Positions 1-11,648 of a stretch of 64,000 bases of DNA are shown here, one piece after another; position 1 is the first letter of the stretch; every line of letters begins with the position of its first letter. The DNA comes from Utricularia gibba. Taxonomy: Eukaryota > Plantae > Magnoliophyta. Below the pieces are notes generated by a model. The model was not told the origin of the DNA. It saw only the letters and a program-made list of their open reading frames with translations, and ran no database searches. Location of the stretch: NCBI GenBank assembly GCA_002189035.1, contig NEEC01000008.1, positions 620,001 to 684,000 of the forward strand. The letters run 5' to 3'. Both the position numbers and the translations under genes were made by a program.

Positions 1-2
1 GT

Positions 3-392
3 CTCAAGGTTCTGCGTATGGATTGGTGCTTAAACATCTCAGACAGCTCCTTAGACAGCATACTCTTCCTCTGCAGGGAACTTGAGGTTCTCGACATCAG
101 CTGTTGCGAGGAGATAACTGATGCTGCGTTCTTTGCAGTAGGTAACGAGGGTCTCAAGCTGGGATTGAGAATCTTGAAGTTAAAAAACTGCCCGAAGATT
201 ACGGCTGATGGAATTCTCCAAGTAGTGAGGACATGCTCAGCTCTTGAATATCTTGATCTGCGCGCATGTCCACATGTTACTGAAGCAAGTTGCAATGAGG
301 CTGGTGTAAGGTTTCCAAGCCATTGCAAGGTTAACTTTACAGGAAGCATTGCAGAACCAGAAGTTTGCTGCTACTCTGAGAAATTTGAGTAA
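3..392 (+). CDS. F-box/LRR-repeat (RNI-like) protein, 3' end only; gene starts before the window
   Basis: Open frame from base 3 to TAG at 390-392 with cysteine-containing LRRs (LRMDWCLNISD, LEVLDISCCEEITD, LKLKNCPKITADG, LEYLDLRACPHVT) and a C-terminal FPxxCKVNFTGS tail typical of plant FBL proteins. Confidence 0.85.
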   Translation, partial: LKVLRMDWCLNISDSSLDSILFLCRELEVLDISCCEEITDAAFFAVGNEGLKLGLRILKLKNCPKITADGILQVVRTCSALEYLDLRACPHVTEASCNEAGVRFPSHCKVNFTGSIAEPEVCCYSEKFE

Positions 393-645
393 GCTGGGCT
401 TGTTTTTCCTGTCATGTTATTGCTTGTTGTAACTAAAAGGTGTGTGCTTTCCGTTTCTGCTACTCCTCGCTCACATGATTTTAGCGGTGATATTAGTACT
501 GATTATTAAGGAGGTGATTATTTCCAAGACAGCATACTCTGAAGACACAGTCACTGAGGCTGGATCACTTTTTCCCTCAGTTTATTCACTATAAGACATA
601 CACATCCCGGAGATTTCCGTCAAGATTCAATCTTTAGCTTCTTTC

Positions 646-1941
646 TCAGCCAACGAGTCCCAAATTGAGAATTCCCATAGGATTCTGAGGCCAAGATCTG
701 TCTTTGGCTTTGGTGGCAAGGACTCTTCCCCACGCCATCCACCCACCAAACGTCATTCTTTTGTCCCAAGCACTTCCCCATTCCAGCATCAGTCTCAGCC
801 CTCTCTCCGCCGCTCTCTCGGCGGCTACAAACTTCCCCTGTCCCAGATATATCTGGGCGACAACTATGTATGGCTCTCCCACGAATGGGTTCTTCTCAAT
901 GCTCTTCAAGAGCATTTCTTCAGCTTTCTCAAGGCCTAGTTCAGCGGTTTTACATAATGCTTCCCAGTACAAATCCCTTGCTACAGTTTGATCCTCTGGA
1001 TGGAGAATCCTCCTGCAGCAATCGAAAACAGGGGGAATCACTAACTCCAAATCCTCATCTCTGTCCTGAGGCACTCCTCTGCCATGCTCTCTCCCCTCAG
1101 TTTCCATGTAGATCTCTTCTTCTCTTGCTATCAATTTGTATATGGCAGCCATTCGTGACGCAGAGTTCATCCACAGTCCAGGCCTGCCGTCTCCTGGCCA
1201 CAGAGCACCTGTGACGTTGCTGCCGGAAAACTCCAGCCGTCCGTTTGAGTTCTCGAAAAGAGCGTCTTGAAAACTGAAAAGCTGGTCACTGAAATCTGCA
1301 ATGGTCATGAGAAGGAAAATCGCTACGAGTCTCCTCGAAACCAAAACCTCTTCCCCTGTTTTAATATGCTTCACCACAATTCCTTCCGGGGGGCAAATGG
1401 ACTGGATTTTCAGTCTCCAGGGTTCCACATCTTTGAGATTCTCTTCCCGGCGACTGTTCTCCGACGATCGGAGATGCTCCTCGAGCTCCGCGTCCGTGTA
1501 CTGGAAAAGAAGTAAGTCGTGAATCAGCTGCTGGCGAGGGACCACGCAGAAGAGGTGTATAAGCCGCTCGGCTGCGGGACCCACGTGCCCACGAACTATG
1601 TCTCGGCCGGCGGCAGAAGGCGGAAATATCGCGAGATTGACGTAGGAGTTTGAGTAGGCCGAGTGGAAGAGACCGCAGAGGCAGACATCATCCTGCGCCT
1701 TCCAGAACTTGAGTATCCGGTACACGTCCACCAAGTGTTCGAGGAAAGTACCGTGCTTGTGCCAGCACTCGCCAGCTCCGGCAGCTGTTAGCACGGCGAC
1801 GAGACGTGGCAGAGCGGGGTCCACTGCTTCGAGCTCTCCGCGCAGAAAGGGACGAGCAGTTTCCAGAAGCTCCTGCAGACTTCCGTCATCTGAGTTCGTT
1901 GTAGACGGTGTGATCTGCAATGAATCGGACGACGGTGCCAT
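646..1941 (-). CDS. Intronless uncharacterised protein: N-terminal HD-fold-like (DUF6817-like) domain plus C-terminal TPR-like repeat
   Basis: 431-aa uninterrupted ORF. N-terminal motifs CWHKHGTFLEHL and CLCGLFHSAYSNSYVNLAIF; C-terminal AEEMLLKSIEKNPFVGEPYIVVAQIYLGQGKF is TPR-like. Domain name is from recalled motif resemblance. Confidence 0.8.
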   Translation of the reverse strand: MAPSSDSLQITPSTTNSDDGSLQELLETARPFLRGELEAVDPALPRLVAVLTAAGAGECWHKHGTFLEHLVDVYRILKFWKAQDDVCLCGLFHSAYSNSYVNLAIFPPSAAGRDIVRGHVGPAAERLIHLFCVVPRQQLIHDLLLFQYTDAELEEHLRSSENSRREENLKDVEPWRLKIQSICPPEGIVVKHIKTGEEVLVSRRLVAIFLLMTIADFSDQLFSFQDALFENSNGRLEFSGSNVTGALWPGDGRPGLWMNSASRMAAIYKLIAREEEIYMETEGREHGRGVPQDRDEDLELVIPPVFDCCRRILHPEDQTVARDLYWEALCKTAELGLEKAEEMLLKSIEKNPFVGEPYIVVAQIYLGQGKFVAAERAAERGLRLMLEWGSAWDKRMTFGGWMAWGRVLATKAKDRSWPQNPMGILNLGLVG

Positions 1942-2216
1942 GAAACTAAGAATCCGATCAGGTTTCGTGGATCAATACCGGATAAGAACTCCAGAAAATC
2001 AACGTGTGAAAAAGACAACCTCCATCCATCGCCTGGTTATCATGGGGGCCTTAAAGATATTATTATTGCAATGGGCTGTCAGCTCAATCCAGTGCGTCTT
2101 TAAGCGACGTTTTGAGGCCCAGATGCATCTTGACGGAAAATTCGAGGGAAAAAACGGTTGTCCATGATTCAAATACCCGATTCTTTACACATTGCGCGCT
2201 CAATTTCCTTCACCTC

Positions 2217-4005
2217 ATGAAGAAAGACCACTGCTCGTGTCTGAGATTGCGAGTGATCGAGTTCCTTATTCGATCCGCTCAGGTTTCCGGAGATTACTCC
2301 ATTGCTTTGTGTTTTCTGGTAACTGGTTCTCTAGATCAGTTACAATTTCAATGCTCTCTGACATTTTATGGTTTCGGTTCTGTTTCGGATCAAGCTGTTA
2401 GGTATTGTGCCGATTGTGAAGTACTCCGCTCTTTCGCTTTTCGCCGAGCGCTTTTGCCCTGCTCTCCTAAGGTGTATTCCGTTCTGTTACTAATATCATG
2501 GATTCAAAATGTTTTGGAGATTTTTGTTATGGAGACCATCGTCATTGAGGAAGTGTTCGTTAATCTTCTAGTTGCATCACAAGGAATTTCGCAATGCAAA
2601 CTATTGGTTCATTTCTTAGAGAATAGCTAGTAGGATCACTCAGTTGATCATAACCAGTCTGCGCATGCGTCTGAGTTCTTTAGTCTAGCATTTTATGATT
2701 CCTTCATTTCAAAAAATCAGTGTTTTTTTTTTTTTTTTTTTTGAAGAATACAAAACAAAAGGCACAATGCAAACTGGCTTCTCCACCCAATTGAAGAAAG
2801 CAAATTGCAACTATTTGCTCTTGTTTCATTGTGGGTCTCGAGCAAAGTATGCCAGCCAATGTTATTATATTTATAATCCGGTGTTGAGGCCTTTGAAAAC
2901 CTAGAAGTTCATTTATCGACAGATTCATGATTCGTCTCCCCATTCTGTGCAAAGCTTCCAATTATTATCAGATAACTATATCAAGGATCAGCATTATACA
3001 AAGGGAGATATTTTGGAAGCTGTGAGTTTCCTCACTCATTAGAATTTTTAACATCTTCTTTCATTTGCCGCTTACCAGAAAGCTTAAAAATGGTCCACAG
3101 GAAATAGTCTTCTTCCAGGTAACAACTTTTAGTATCTAGATATTACGTCATCACTTTGTCTAAAGTAGTCAGTATCCTACAGGTACTGAAATTCAGGATT
3201 GGCACTCTAAATATTGCCTATGCGCTCGTTGAAGAGCTTCACTATCAATTGAAGTGAGCCTTTTACTCCTAACCAGCAGTTTGATGATTGCAGTGTATTG
3301 AATCTGCCATTTCCTATTTCTCTGAATTTAAAACAGAACAGCTGCTTGCCTTGGGGAGTATGTAAAACTTGAAGCGTGTGAAGATATCATGGATCTGCTT
3401 TATGAGAACGAAGAAACATCAGTCCTTTATGATTCTTCAAAAGCTTTAGCTGCATCAATATTGGCATGTGCTGGAATCGCTTCTTCTGTCTTGCTTCTGC
3501 CCGTTGAAAATCAGTACTCAATACACTCCCTTTTCAGGTTGCAGCATATCTTATTACAGTGCCGACACAAGAGTTGGAATTCCCCGTGCTGCCTTGGGGT
3601 AAGATCTAAATACCCTCTTCCACGTTTCATGTTTTCTTCGTGAATCAACATGCATTTGGTGGAATATTATCCCCTTCTTGCCAAAAAGCTATGAAGGCTC
3701 CCATCGCACCAGCAGATGGGAATCAAGCCTTTATGATTGCACACGTTTGACTTAGGCTTTTAGGATGAACAGGCATTAAGCTTCATTTTACCATCATCAT
3801 CATCATCCCGTATTTCAACAGTTACCTTTTCTCTTGCTGTCGGGTTGTGACTTCATACATGACGACCCCTTCCAAATCTCCTGTATGAAGCTTTGATTTT
3901 CTGATGGTGCCTGCAGCCCGGTTTGCTACTTTATGCGAGGAAGAGGAGATTCTGCATTATGTAAAGGTTATCCTGAACCATATCTTCCACCCTCAAACAC
4001 AATGA
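2217..4005 (+). CDS. CYCJ18: Cyclin J18-like, about 7 exons
   Basis: Spliced reading gives RVIEFLIRSAQ|LLGIVPIVKYSALSLFAERF|..NWLLHPIEESKLQLFALVSLWVSSK|IHDSSPHSV..|VLKFRIGTLNIAY..|..MDLLYENEETSVLYDSSKALAASIL|VAAYLITVPTQELEFPVLPW|..HIFHPQTQ*, matching plant CYCJ18 motifs. Start ATG at 2217 is inferred. Confidence 0.88.
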
Positions 4006-4830
4006 TCGTTCACTCAACTGGTATGGCTTCTTTTCCCCTACCCATCTCATCCGCTGGTTTTTATTCTTTTAATTTCTCAATCCGCATATGCTTTTCCCTC
4101 AAATGACCCATCCTTGGTATTTCTCTTCTCGTTTGATGGAATGACTAGGCATAGTTTACAATAGAGGCAATCGACAACATGGCATGTGGGTAGAAAACAA
4201 CAAATTCATAGATAAGTATAGAATGTTCAACGTTTGCTTTTTCTGTTGCTATTGCCTTGAGAAACACGTCCTCTGAACTAGTAGGAACTGGATGTGACTT
4301 GTCATGAACAGAGTTTGTTGGTTATCAAGCATAATGTACCTCGTGTGTGGATTTCTTTAGAAAGTGGAACAGAGAGAAATGAACTAGGGGACAAGAACGT
4401 AACCTACACGAGCTCGTTGAGGTCTCCTCAGAGAATGAACTACTTAAACGCCCTGAAATTCTAAATCAGCACCCTTGGTATTTGATTTGGATTGGTATTG
4501 GGATAGGTTTCAACTTGGTTTGCATGATATTAAATAAACAAGTTTATCCAATATTTTTCATTATTACCAAAACCCCTCTGACTACAATCTTGAGCCCTAA
4601 AGGCTAAATAGGATTAATTTGTTTCCAATTGTACATGTGGCTGTTAGCATGCTCAGATCAATGATTTAAATTAGCACAGTTCATTTGTTTTAAAATCATA
4701 GGTTTAAAACAATTTGGGGTACATGTGAATTAATTTAACTTCATGATAAACTTGGATAATGGATTCAATCTGTTTAAATAATGATTAATGATTATGAAAT
4801 CTGATTTAATTCAAATTTATGACTAAATTG

Positions 4831-5592
4831 GATAATGTATTCAAATCGTTTTGTTTAAAACACTGCTGTTTTATTACAGTGGTACTTAGTCGTAGGTTTT
4901 TTCAAGTTCGTGGTCAGAAGCGAGTAATTAAAAAAATTATTAGGTTTCAATGTAAATTATTGAGTTTCGTTGGCAAAATAGTACTCTGCAAAACATTTAT
5001 GTATAAAATAGTCCTATTCTGAAAATCTTTGCGTAATACTTCTATTTTAAAAAATAATAATTATTTTTATTCAATATAAATTTTAATTGATGTATAAATG
5101 CGACATTTTAATGAATATAATATTTTTATTTAATGACAATTTTATTTTTGAAATACAATTGGTTTTTAAAATTGAAATTTTAAAAGAAATATAGTTAACT
5201 TTGTTAATAATATTTTTTGTAATTAATTATTGCTGATCATTCATATTAATAGATTATAATATTATGAGTATAGTATTTCAAAAATTATATAATTACTCAC
5301 ATATATAATATTATATATATAGTTAATTTTAAGAATATTATTTTACATGTACATTGATTTACATATGTTGTTTAAGTTTATATAATATAACGATACGGGT
5401 GTGGGTTAACCGTGACCGACACCTATATGCGGTTTTATAGATGTGGATTATTGCTAACTTATATGTGGTCAACCCACTCATCCCATGATAATGTATTCAA
5501 ATCGTTTTTTAAAATACTGCTGTTTTTTTTATAGTGGTACTTAGTCATAGGTTTTTGCAAGTTCGTGGTCAGAACTCAGAAGCGAGTAATTA
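4831..5592. repeat. ~100-bp imperfect direct repeat (4831-4930 and 5487-5592) flanking an AT-rich spacer
   Basis: Both copies read gataatgtattcaaatcgtttt..aaaa(c/t)actgctgtttt..agtggtacttagtc(g/a)taggttttt..caagttcgtggtcagaa..gcgagtaatta. Confidence 0.85.
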
Positions 5593-6378
5593 TTAAAACC
5601 ATTCAAAACAGTTTACTATTCCAAAAAAATATACAAAACAGAAATTATGGGTTTAAAGACACGTTTTTTGAATTTGTTGGAATGCGCGTTATGGTAAAAG
5701 GTGCTGTTGCTTCTTGCACGTCTCACGTGGAACCTGTGCCCATCCCAAACTGAAACTTCAAAGTAGCGGCGGTGTCTGGCTTGGCTTACGAGTCGGACAC
5801 GTTACCCTGTTTGTGACACCTTCACGAGAGTAGTACAATGATTGCCATTTTGCCATTAATAAAAAAGACCCCCCAAGACGCCCCTACATCACATCCCTGG
5901 CGCTTGGGTTGAGGATATTTTGAGGTTCCATTTAAAACGGGAAATTATATTTACTGGATAAAAATACATGGGGGCCCACCCAGTCCAGAATTATCGTATT
6001 CTGGGGGCCGGGGGAGGAGGAATCTGGTCCGCAGGCGGGGCGGTTCACATGGGCGGTTGGATTTTGGTAACCCGGATGAAGAATAAAATAGTAACCGAAC
6101 GGCGGGGAGAATGGTAACCGCTTTGGTCCACGGCACGTTATTCTAATTGCGTAATCCTCTCATCCAAAGGGACACAGGCTTTTCTTCGCCTCGCATGGGC
6201 ACTATAAATGCCTTCGCCCTGCGAGCTGTCTCATCTTCTCTCAACTCTGAGGTGTTGCTGCTGCTGCTGCTGCATTCGACGAGAGTTTTCGTGTACGTGG
6301 CGAGGGGTGCGCAGGGCGGCGGTGGTTTAACAGTGGTTTCCGGTTGTTGATTTTTATTGAATTTTTGAGGAGTCGATC

Positions 6379-9202
6379 ATGGTTCTGGCGCGGATGAAGG
6401 AACCTGGCGGCGACTACAGGACTTTACGGCTGGGGAAGTACGAATTAGGCCGAACTCTTGGGGAAGGGAACTTCGGCAAGGTCAAGTACGCTACTGACGT
6501 CGAGTCTGGGCTTGCCTTCGCAATCAAGATCCTGGACAAGCGCAAAATCCTCGATCTCAAGATCGATGATCAGGTCAGTCCGTTCTGTCTGGTTTTCCGA
6601 AATCTGTTCTGCGATTTCAGATCAACTTGCGGTTACCTGTCGCTTCTCTGAACACGCTGAGATGAATTGCTCTGCAAGCGAAATACCGAACTCGCTTTCG
6701 GTTTAATTTTGTCTAATGGCGCTCATCGAATCTTTCCGCGTTCTAATTTGCTCCGTGATCAATGCCGATCTGGTTTTCAATCTTGTGACTCGATTGAAAA
6801 TTTGTTGCAGATAAAGAGGGAGATCGGGACATTGAAACTCCTAAAGCATCCAAACGTCGTCCGTCTGCATGAGGTAATTTGACTACTCTCCGAGTTGGGT
6901 CCTCCAGGCGCTTTGTCTTTCCCAACTTTGCGTGTTGGCCTGCGCATTCGATACGTCACCATTACGTTTCAATGTGCAAGTTGTGGATCTAGACTTAGAG
7001 TCTAGACCCGAGGGGTATTCGGATAAGAACAGATAAATTAGTGCGCCTTAGTGTATAATTCTAATACACCCGAATCTCTTACTTAGGAAAAGATTTAAAT
7101 GGTTTTCACCTATATTAAGTTTGGAAGATGGGGATTAACCATGCGCCCCTGTGTGAAGTTTTTAGTTTCTGCATGCAGCTGGATGCCATGATCGGTCAAA
7201 CACCCTTGTCTTCTTGTTGCTTTCGCATTGAATGGGCCTGAAAAATCTCTTTCGAGGATGGGTGGTTGATAAAAATTTCTTTCCAGGATGCAGCTAAATT
7301 GAATCTTGCGTGGAAATGCGGTGTCGAATTCTTATACTGCTTTGTGTTTTCTACCAGGTCTTGGCAAGCAAGGTGAAGATCTACATGGTCCTTGAGTATG
7401 TGGATGGATGTGAGCTTTTTGAAGAAATAGTAAGTGCGATGCAGCTTATCTTTTGTGTGATGGATGGTATACGTGACTAAACCAATATTCAGGCGACCAG
7501 AGGAAAACTAACCGAAGAAAAAGGCAGGAGGTATTTTCAACAATTGATTAATGGTGTCAGCTATTGCCACAACAAAGGCGTTTTCCACAGAGATCTCAAA
7601 GTACGTACCACCTATTCTCAGAACATGACGTCTGCCTTTACTTAGTATTATTATTTAACCGTTCTGATACAAAATGTTTGTTTTGTTGTTAAGCGCAGCT
7701 GGAAAATGTACTGATCGACGCAAGAGGCACCCTCAAAATTACCGATTTCGGGCTAAGTGCACTGCCTCAGCACTTGCGGGTATACCTGCTGCTTCTCCAA
7801 AGCTATCAGAACTTTCTTCTTCTTGCGAGTGTGCTCATACTTCTTTTGTTCACATGTGTAGGTCGATGGATTGCTGCATACAACATGTGGAAGCCCAAAC
7901 TATGTCGCCCCAGAAGTTCTTTCTAACAGAGGGTACGACGGTGCCGCCTCGGACACATGGTCTTGTGGTGTTATCTTGTACGTCATTCTCATGGGGTACC
8001 TTCCATTTGATGACCGGAATCTCGTCGTACTTTATCAAAAGGTATTGCCGTCATCCGCGCATTTGAATTTCTGGACGGGAGTGTACCTTAACAGTTCTGT
8101 TGATCTTCACCAAACCCACTCAGATTTTCAAGGGAGATGCCAAGATACCGAAATGGATATCTCCAGGAGCAAAGAACCTGATAGCGAGGATTCTGGATCC
8201 GAACCCCAAAACTCGAATCACCATTGATCAGATAAAAGAAGACGAATGGTTCAAACAAGGCTATGCTCCAATTTACCCTGATGAGGAAGACGAAAATGCG
8301 GATTGCGAATTATCATCCATACCTGAGGTGGTCAGTATATTTTCGAAAGCTTTGCTTAATCCTCACCAGCTAAATTTCATGAAAAACACCTGAAACTGAC
8401 ACCTTCCAAAGCCTTCGGATGCAGAGCAACATTCCGAGTCGCCCCCTGTTATCAACGCTTTTCAGCTTATTGGAATGGCATCGAGTTTAGATCTCTCAGG
8501 CTTCTTTGAGAAGGAGGTAAACATGAATAATATATGTCAGAACCTGCTGCTATACTTGCTATAGTCATGTCTCAGTTCTTAATCTTGCAACAAGTTGTGA
8601 GATAATAAAACCTGCTCAACATGATCATCATCAGGATGTCTCTGAGAGAAGGATACGGTTCACCTCCAACTACTCCCTAGAGAGCTACTGGAGAGGATTA
8701 AGAACACAGCTGTTCTGATGGGTTATCATGTCCACAAGAAGAACGGAAAGGTCAGTTCAGACAGAATAAAACACTTGTTCAAGAAAAAAAAAAAAAAAAA
8801 AAACCTTTCCCTTGGTTGGAGTTACCAAAATCTAAAACATTTGCAGTTGAAGCTGATCCGAGGGTGCAAAGGTCAGAAAACTCCTGGATGCGTTTCAGTC
8901 ATCGCGGAAGTAAGTGACAAAATAGACTTTTAAGTAGTTACATGCGCACATCATAACTCTAACAAGTTATAACTGGACCAGGTTTTTGAGATAAGCCCCT
9001 CATTGCGAGTAGTGGATTTGCAAAAGGCGGAGGGTGATCCTATTGAGTACAGACAGGTGCTTATTCCACGCCGTTGCACACACCTCTCATGTGCGTGCAT
9101 ACACCTTTTCTGACCTGATAATTTTAATTGCTGCAGTTCTGCACACAATTGTCAAACGAATTGGGTGTCTCTAGTATCCGAGAGGAGCCTAACTCACAAT
9201 GA
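6379..9202 (+). CDS. CIPK1: CBL-interacting Ser/Thr kinase (SnRK3), CIPK1/17-like, multi-exon
   Basis: Exons splice in frame with GT-AG to give [22 protein letters not shown]|[24 protein letters not shown], the NAF motif ([22 protein letters not shown]) and a TGA at 9200-9202. Family is secure; paralog name is less so. Confidence 0.9.
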
Positions 9203-9447
9203 TTTTGGAAGCATAAGCTCTTTGGCTACTGATGGCGCAACAAGGCCACATTCAAATTTAAACCCCGGGGGAGAGTATATTTGTCTCATTGGTATTTTTT
9301 TATAGCTTGCGACATGTAAAAAGGGTGGGTTTTTTTTTTTTTTTTTTTTGTTCCTATTGGAGAGGAAGAGTACCAGTTTTACTGTGTAACTTGATTCATG
9401 CACATACCTGTACAGAACATAATTCATGGAAGGCCTTTGGGATGTTC

Positions 9448-11364
9448 TCAGGCCGGAGGTCTCTCTTCCATTTGAAACTTTTCATTCAACACTGTCTTGT
9501 ATTGACCGTCTCTATACTCCAAGTTCCTCATTAGCTCAACCTGCAACAAGAACCGAACATAACAAAAGGCTGGTTGTGCATCGAAAAAAATCATGCTGCT
9601 TCGGCCATAGTCACCTGTTTCTGGAACATATCAAATTCTTCTGAGCTCAGAGAGCCATCGTTGTTGGAATCGAGAAGCTGCATCATCTCCCGGGCATCCT
9701 CTCCTTCCGCTCCGAGTTCTTCCATTACATCCATGAGCTCCTGAATGCTGATGATACCATCTCCATTTTTGTCCAGCAGGCGGAAGACTCGGCTTCTATT
9801 ATCAACTTCAGGGTCCTTGTGATCGTTGGATGGAAAATCTCTGAGTCGAAGAGCTGCTAGTTCTGCAGCAGCCATCATGATGGCCTTCAGCCGCCTCACC
9901 TGAGAGGATTAGCAACATCATGCTGGAGGGTTAGCGGTGTCAATTCATGGGGCAACAATTCATTCTTCCATCACCTCTTCTGGATCAGTGAGGCCTCCTT
10001 TGTATAGTGCATGAGATGCAGTGCCACCAGCCGCCAAAAGATCCATCTCTGAGGTACGAATCTGTATCTCCATCGATGGTCTTTTCTTGCTTTCCTCACT
10101 AACATCAACCGCCAAGTGCAAACTTCTGTAACCGTTAACCTTGGGGTTCATGATATAGTCCTTGGACCTGCCGGGTATCTCTCTCCACAACGATTGGACT
10201 ATCTCACGTGCTCGGTAACAGGCCTTTTCTCCAACTGCAGAAGACTCAGGTCCGGATGCACATCTCAGAATTACTCTTAGACCCAAGATATCGTTCACTT
10301 GGTCAGGTTTCCTCCCATCTCTGAGCAGTTTCTTCATAGTGCTGTAACGACTCTTAAACCGGCCTTCAATGGAGATGCCTTCCACGAGTTCCATCAGACA
10401 GGGGTCCGATTTCAGGGACTGGAGCAGCTTTTCCTTGTAGATGTCGATAAGAGGGTTGCTTCCATTCTCATGGCTCCTCAACCAGGAATCCACATAAAGG
10501 TATGAGTATGGAAACAAGTACTGAAAAGACCGATCCTCAAGCTCATGGGATAAAGCGTTCATCCCAACAGCATGTGCCAGTGGAGCATGTATCTTTATAA
10601 CCTCCAGAGCCATGCTCTGCTGCTTGTAGCGAGGGAGGTGGTTAAGGTGCCTCATCATGTCCAGCTTCAGAACCAAGTCCAGAATTATTGCCCTGGAATC
10701 GTAGAATGTGAAGCAGAATCTCCTCAGTTCTGAGGCACTCTCATCATCTAACTCTCCCATCTTCAGAGAAAGGTTCCTCAAGCGCGAGCTTTCATGAAGT
10801 AGATGAGCAGTAGCTGTTCCAATCCTACCCCTAACTTCAGACATCGGTATTCCACGTCCATCTACAGCTTCCCTTAGAAATCCAGCAGAGATAACCTCAG
10901 CATCCATCTGCAGCCAGTTTTATAATCAGAACAGGCATGGCCGGAGGAAGGGAGGAGGCATAGTTAGTTGACCTGAAGATCAGCCAGCATAGTAGCGATA
11001 GACAGGGCTTTGGACAGCGGAGCCCGGCCATCTGGAAGCAGCGGCAGTGATTGGAGAACGGGAATCGAGACCTTGAGTGCCTTGAAAAGCAAGCGTGAGG
11101 AGCTACTGGACAGCGCCGCCGTGTGACTCATTCTCTCCGTGAGTTCATTAAAAGCCCCAATCAACTCCACCACCATCTTCCCCCCGGCTGCTCCAGCGTC
11201 ATAACCGCTTCGTTCGAAGCTGCTCGCACCATCAACAGCTGATGCACGATCCTCTTGCTACTGCGCCCTAGATTTGCCGAGGAACAATAAACGAAGCGTG
11301 ATTCGACGAATTCTCGTTGGGGTAAAAAAGCCCTAGCGTCCGCATATCTGAAATCAACCGCCAT
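9448..11364 (-). CDS. CRSH: Ca2+-activated RelA/SpoT homolog ((p)ppGpp synthase with two EF-hands); one apparent frameshift at 11180-11185
   Basis: EQPGG/KMVVELIGAFNELTERM, degenerate hydrolase domain, synthase motifs GRFKSRYSTMKKLLRDGRK, KDYIMNPKVNGYRSLH and MEIQIRT, EF-hands LDKNGDGIISIQEL and LDSNNDGSLSSEEF. Putative transit peptide starts at ATG 11364. Confidence 0.93.
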
Positions 11365-11648
11365 CACGGCACGAGAGTTGAGTTGAGGCGCGCCTTTCCC
11401 CGGCCACCGTCGTCTGCAGCTGGTGCCTGGATGTCCCTGAGAGGCCACGTCAACAACCGCAATTTGTAGTTACAGGAAAGTTAGATGATGTTCAGCACGA
11501 TTTTTTTAATTTAATTTTACTTGTGCAAAAATATTGTTATTAGAACAATAAATATTTTTTCTAATTCTTCATCCATTCTTTCTCCTTTCAAATAGATAGA
11601 TACTTAGAATATGTTCTAATCTATTTCTTATTTTAATTTTCCTTCTCG

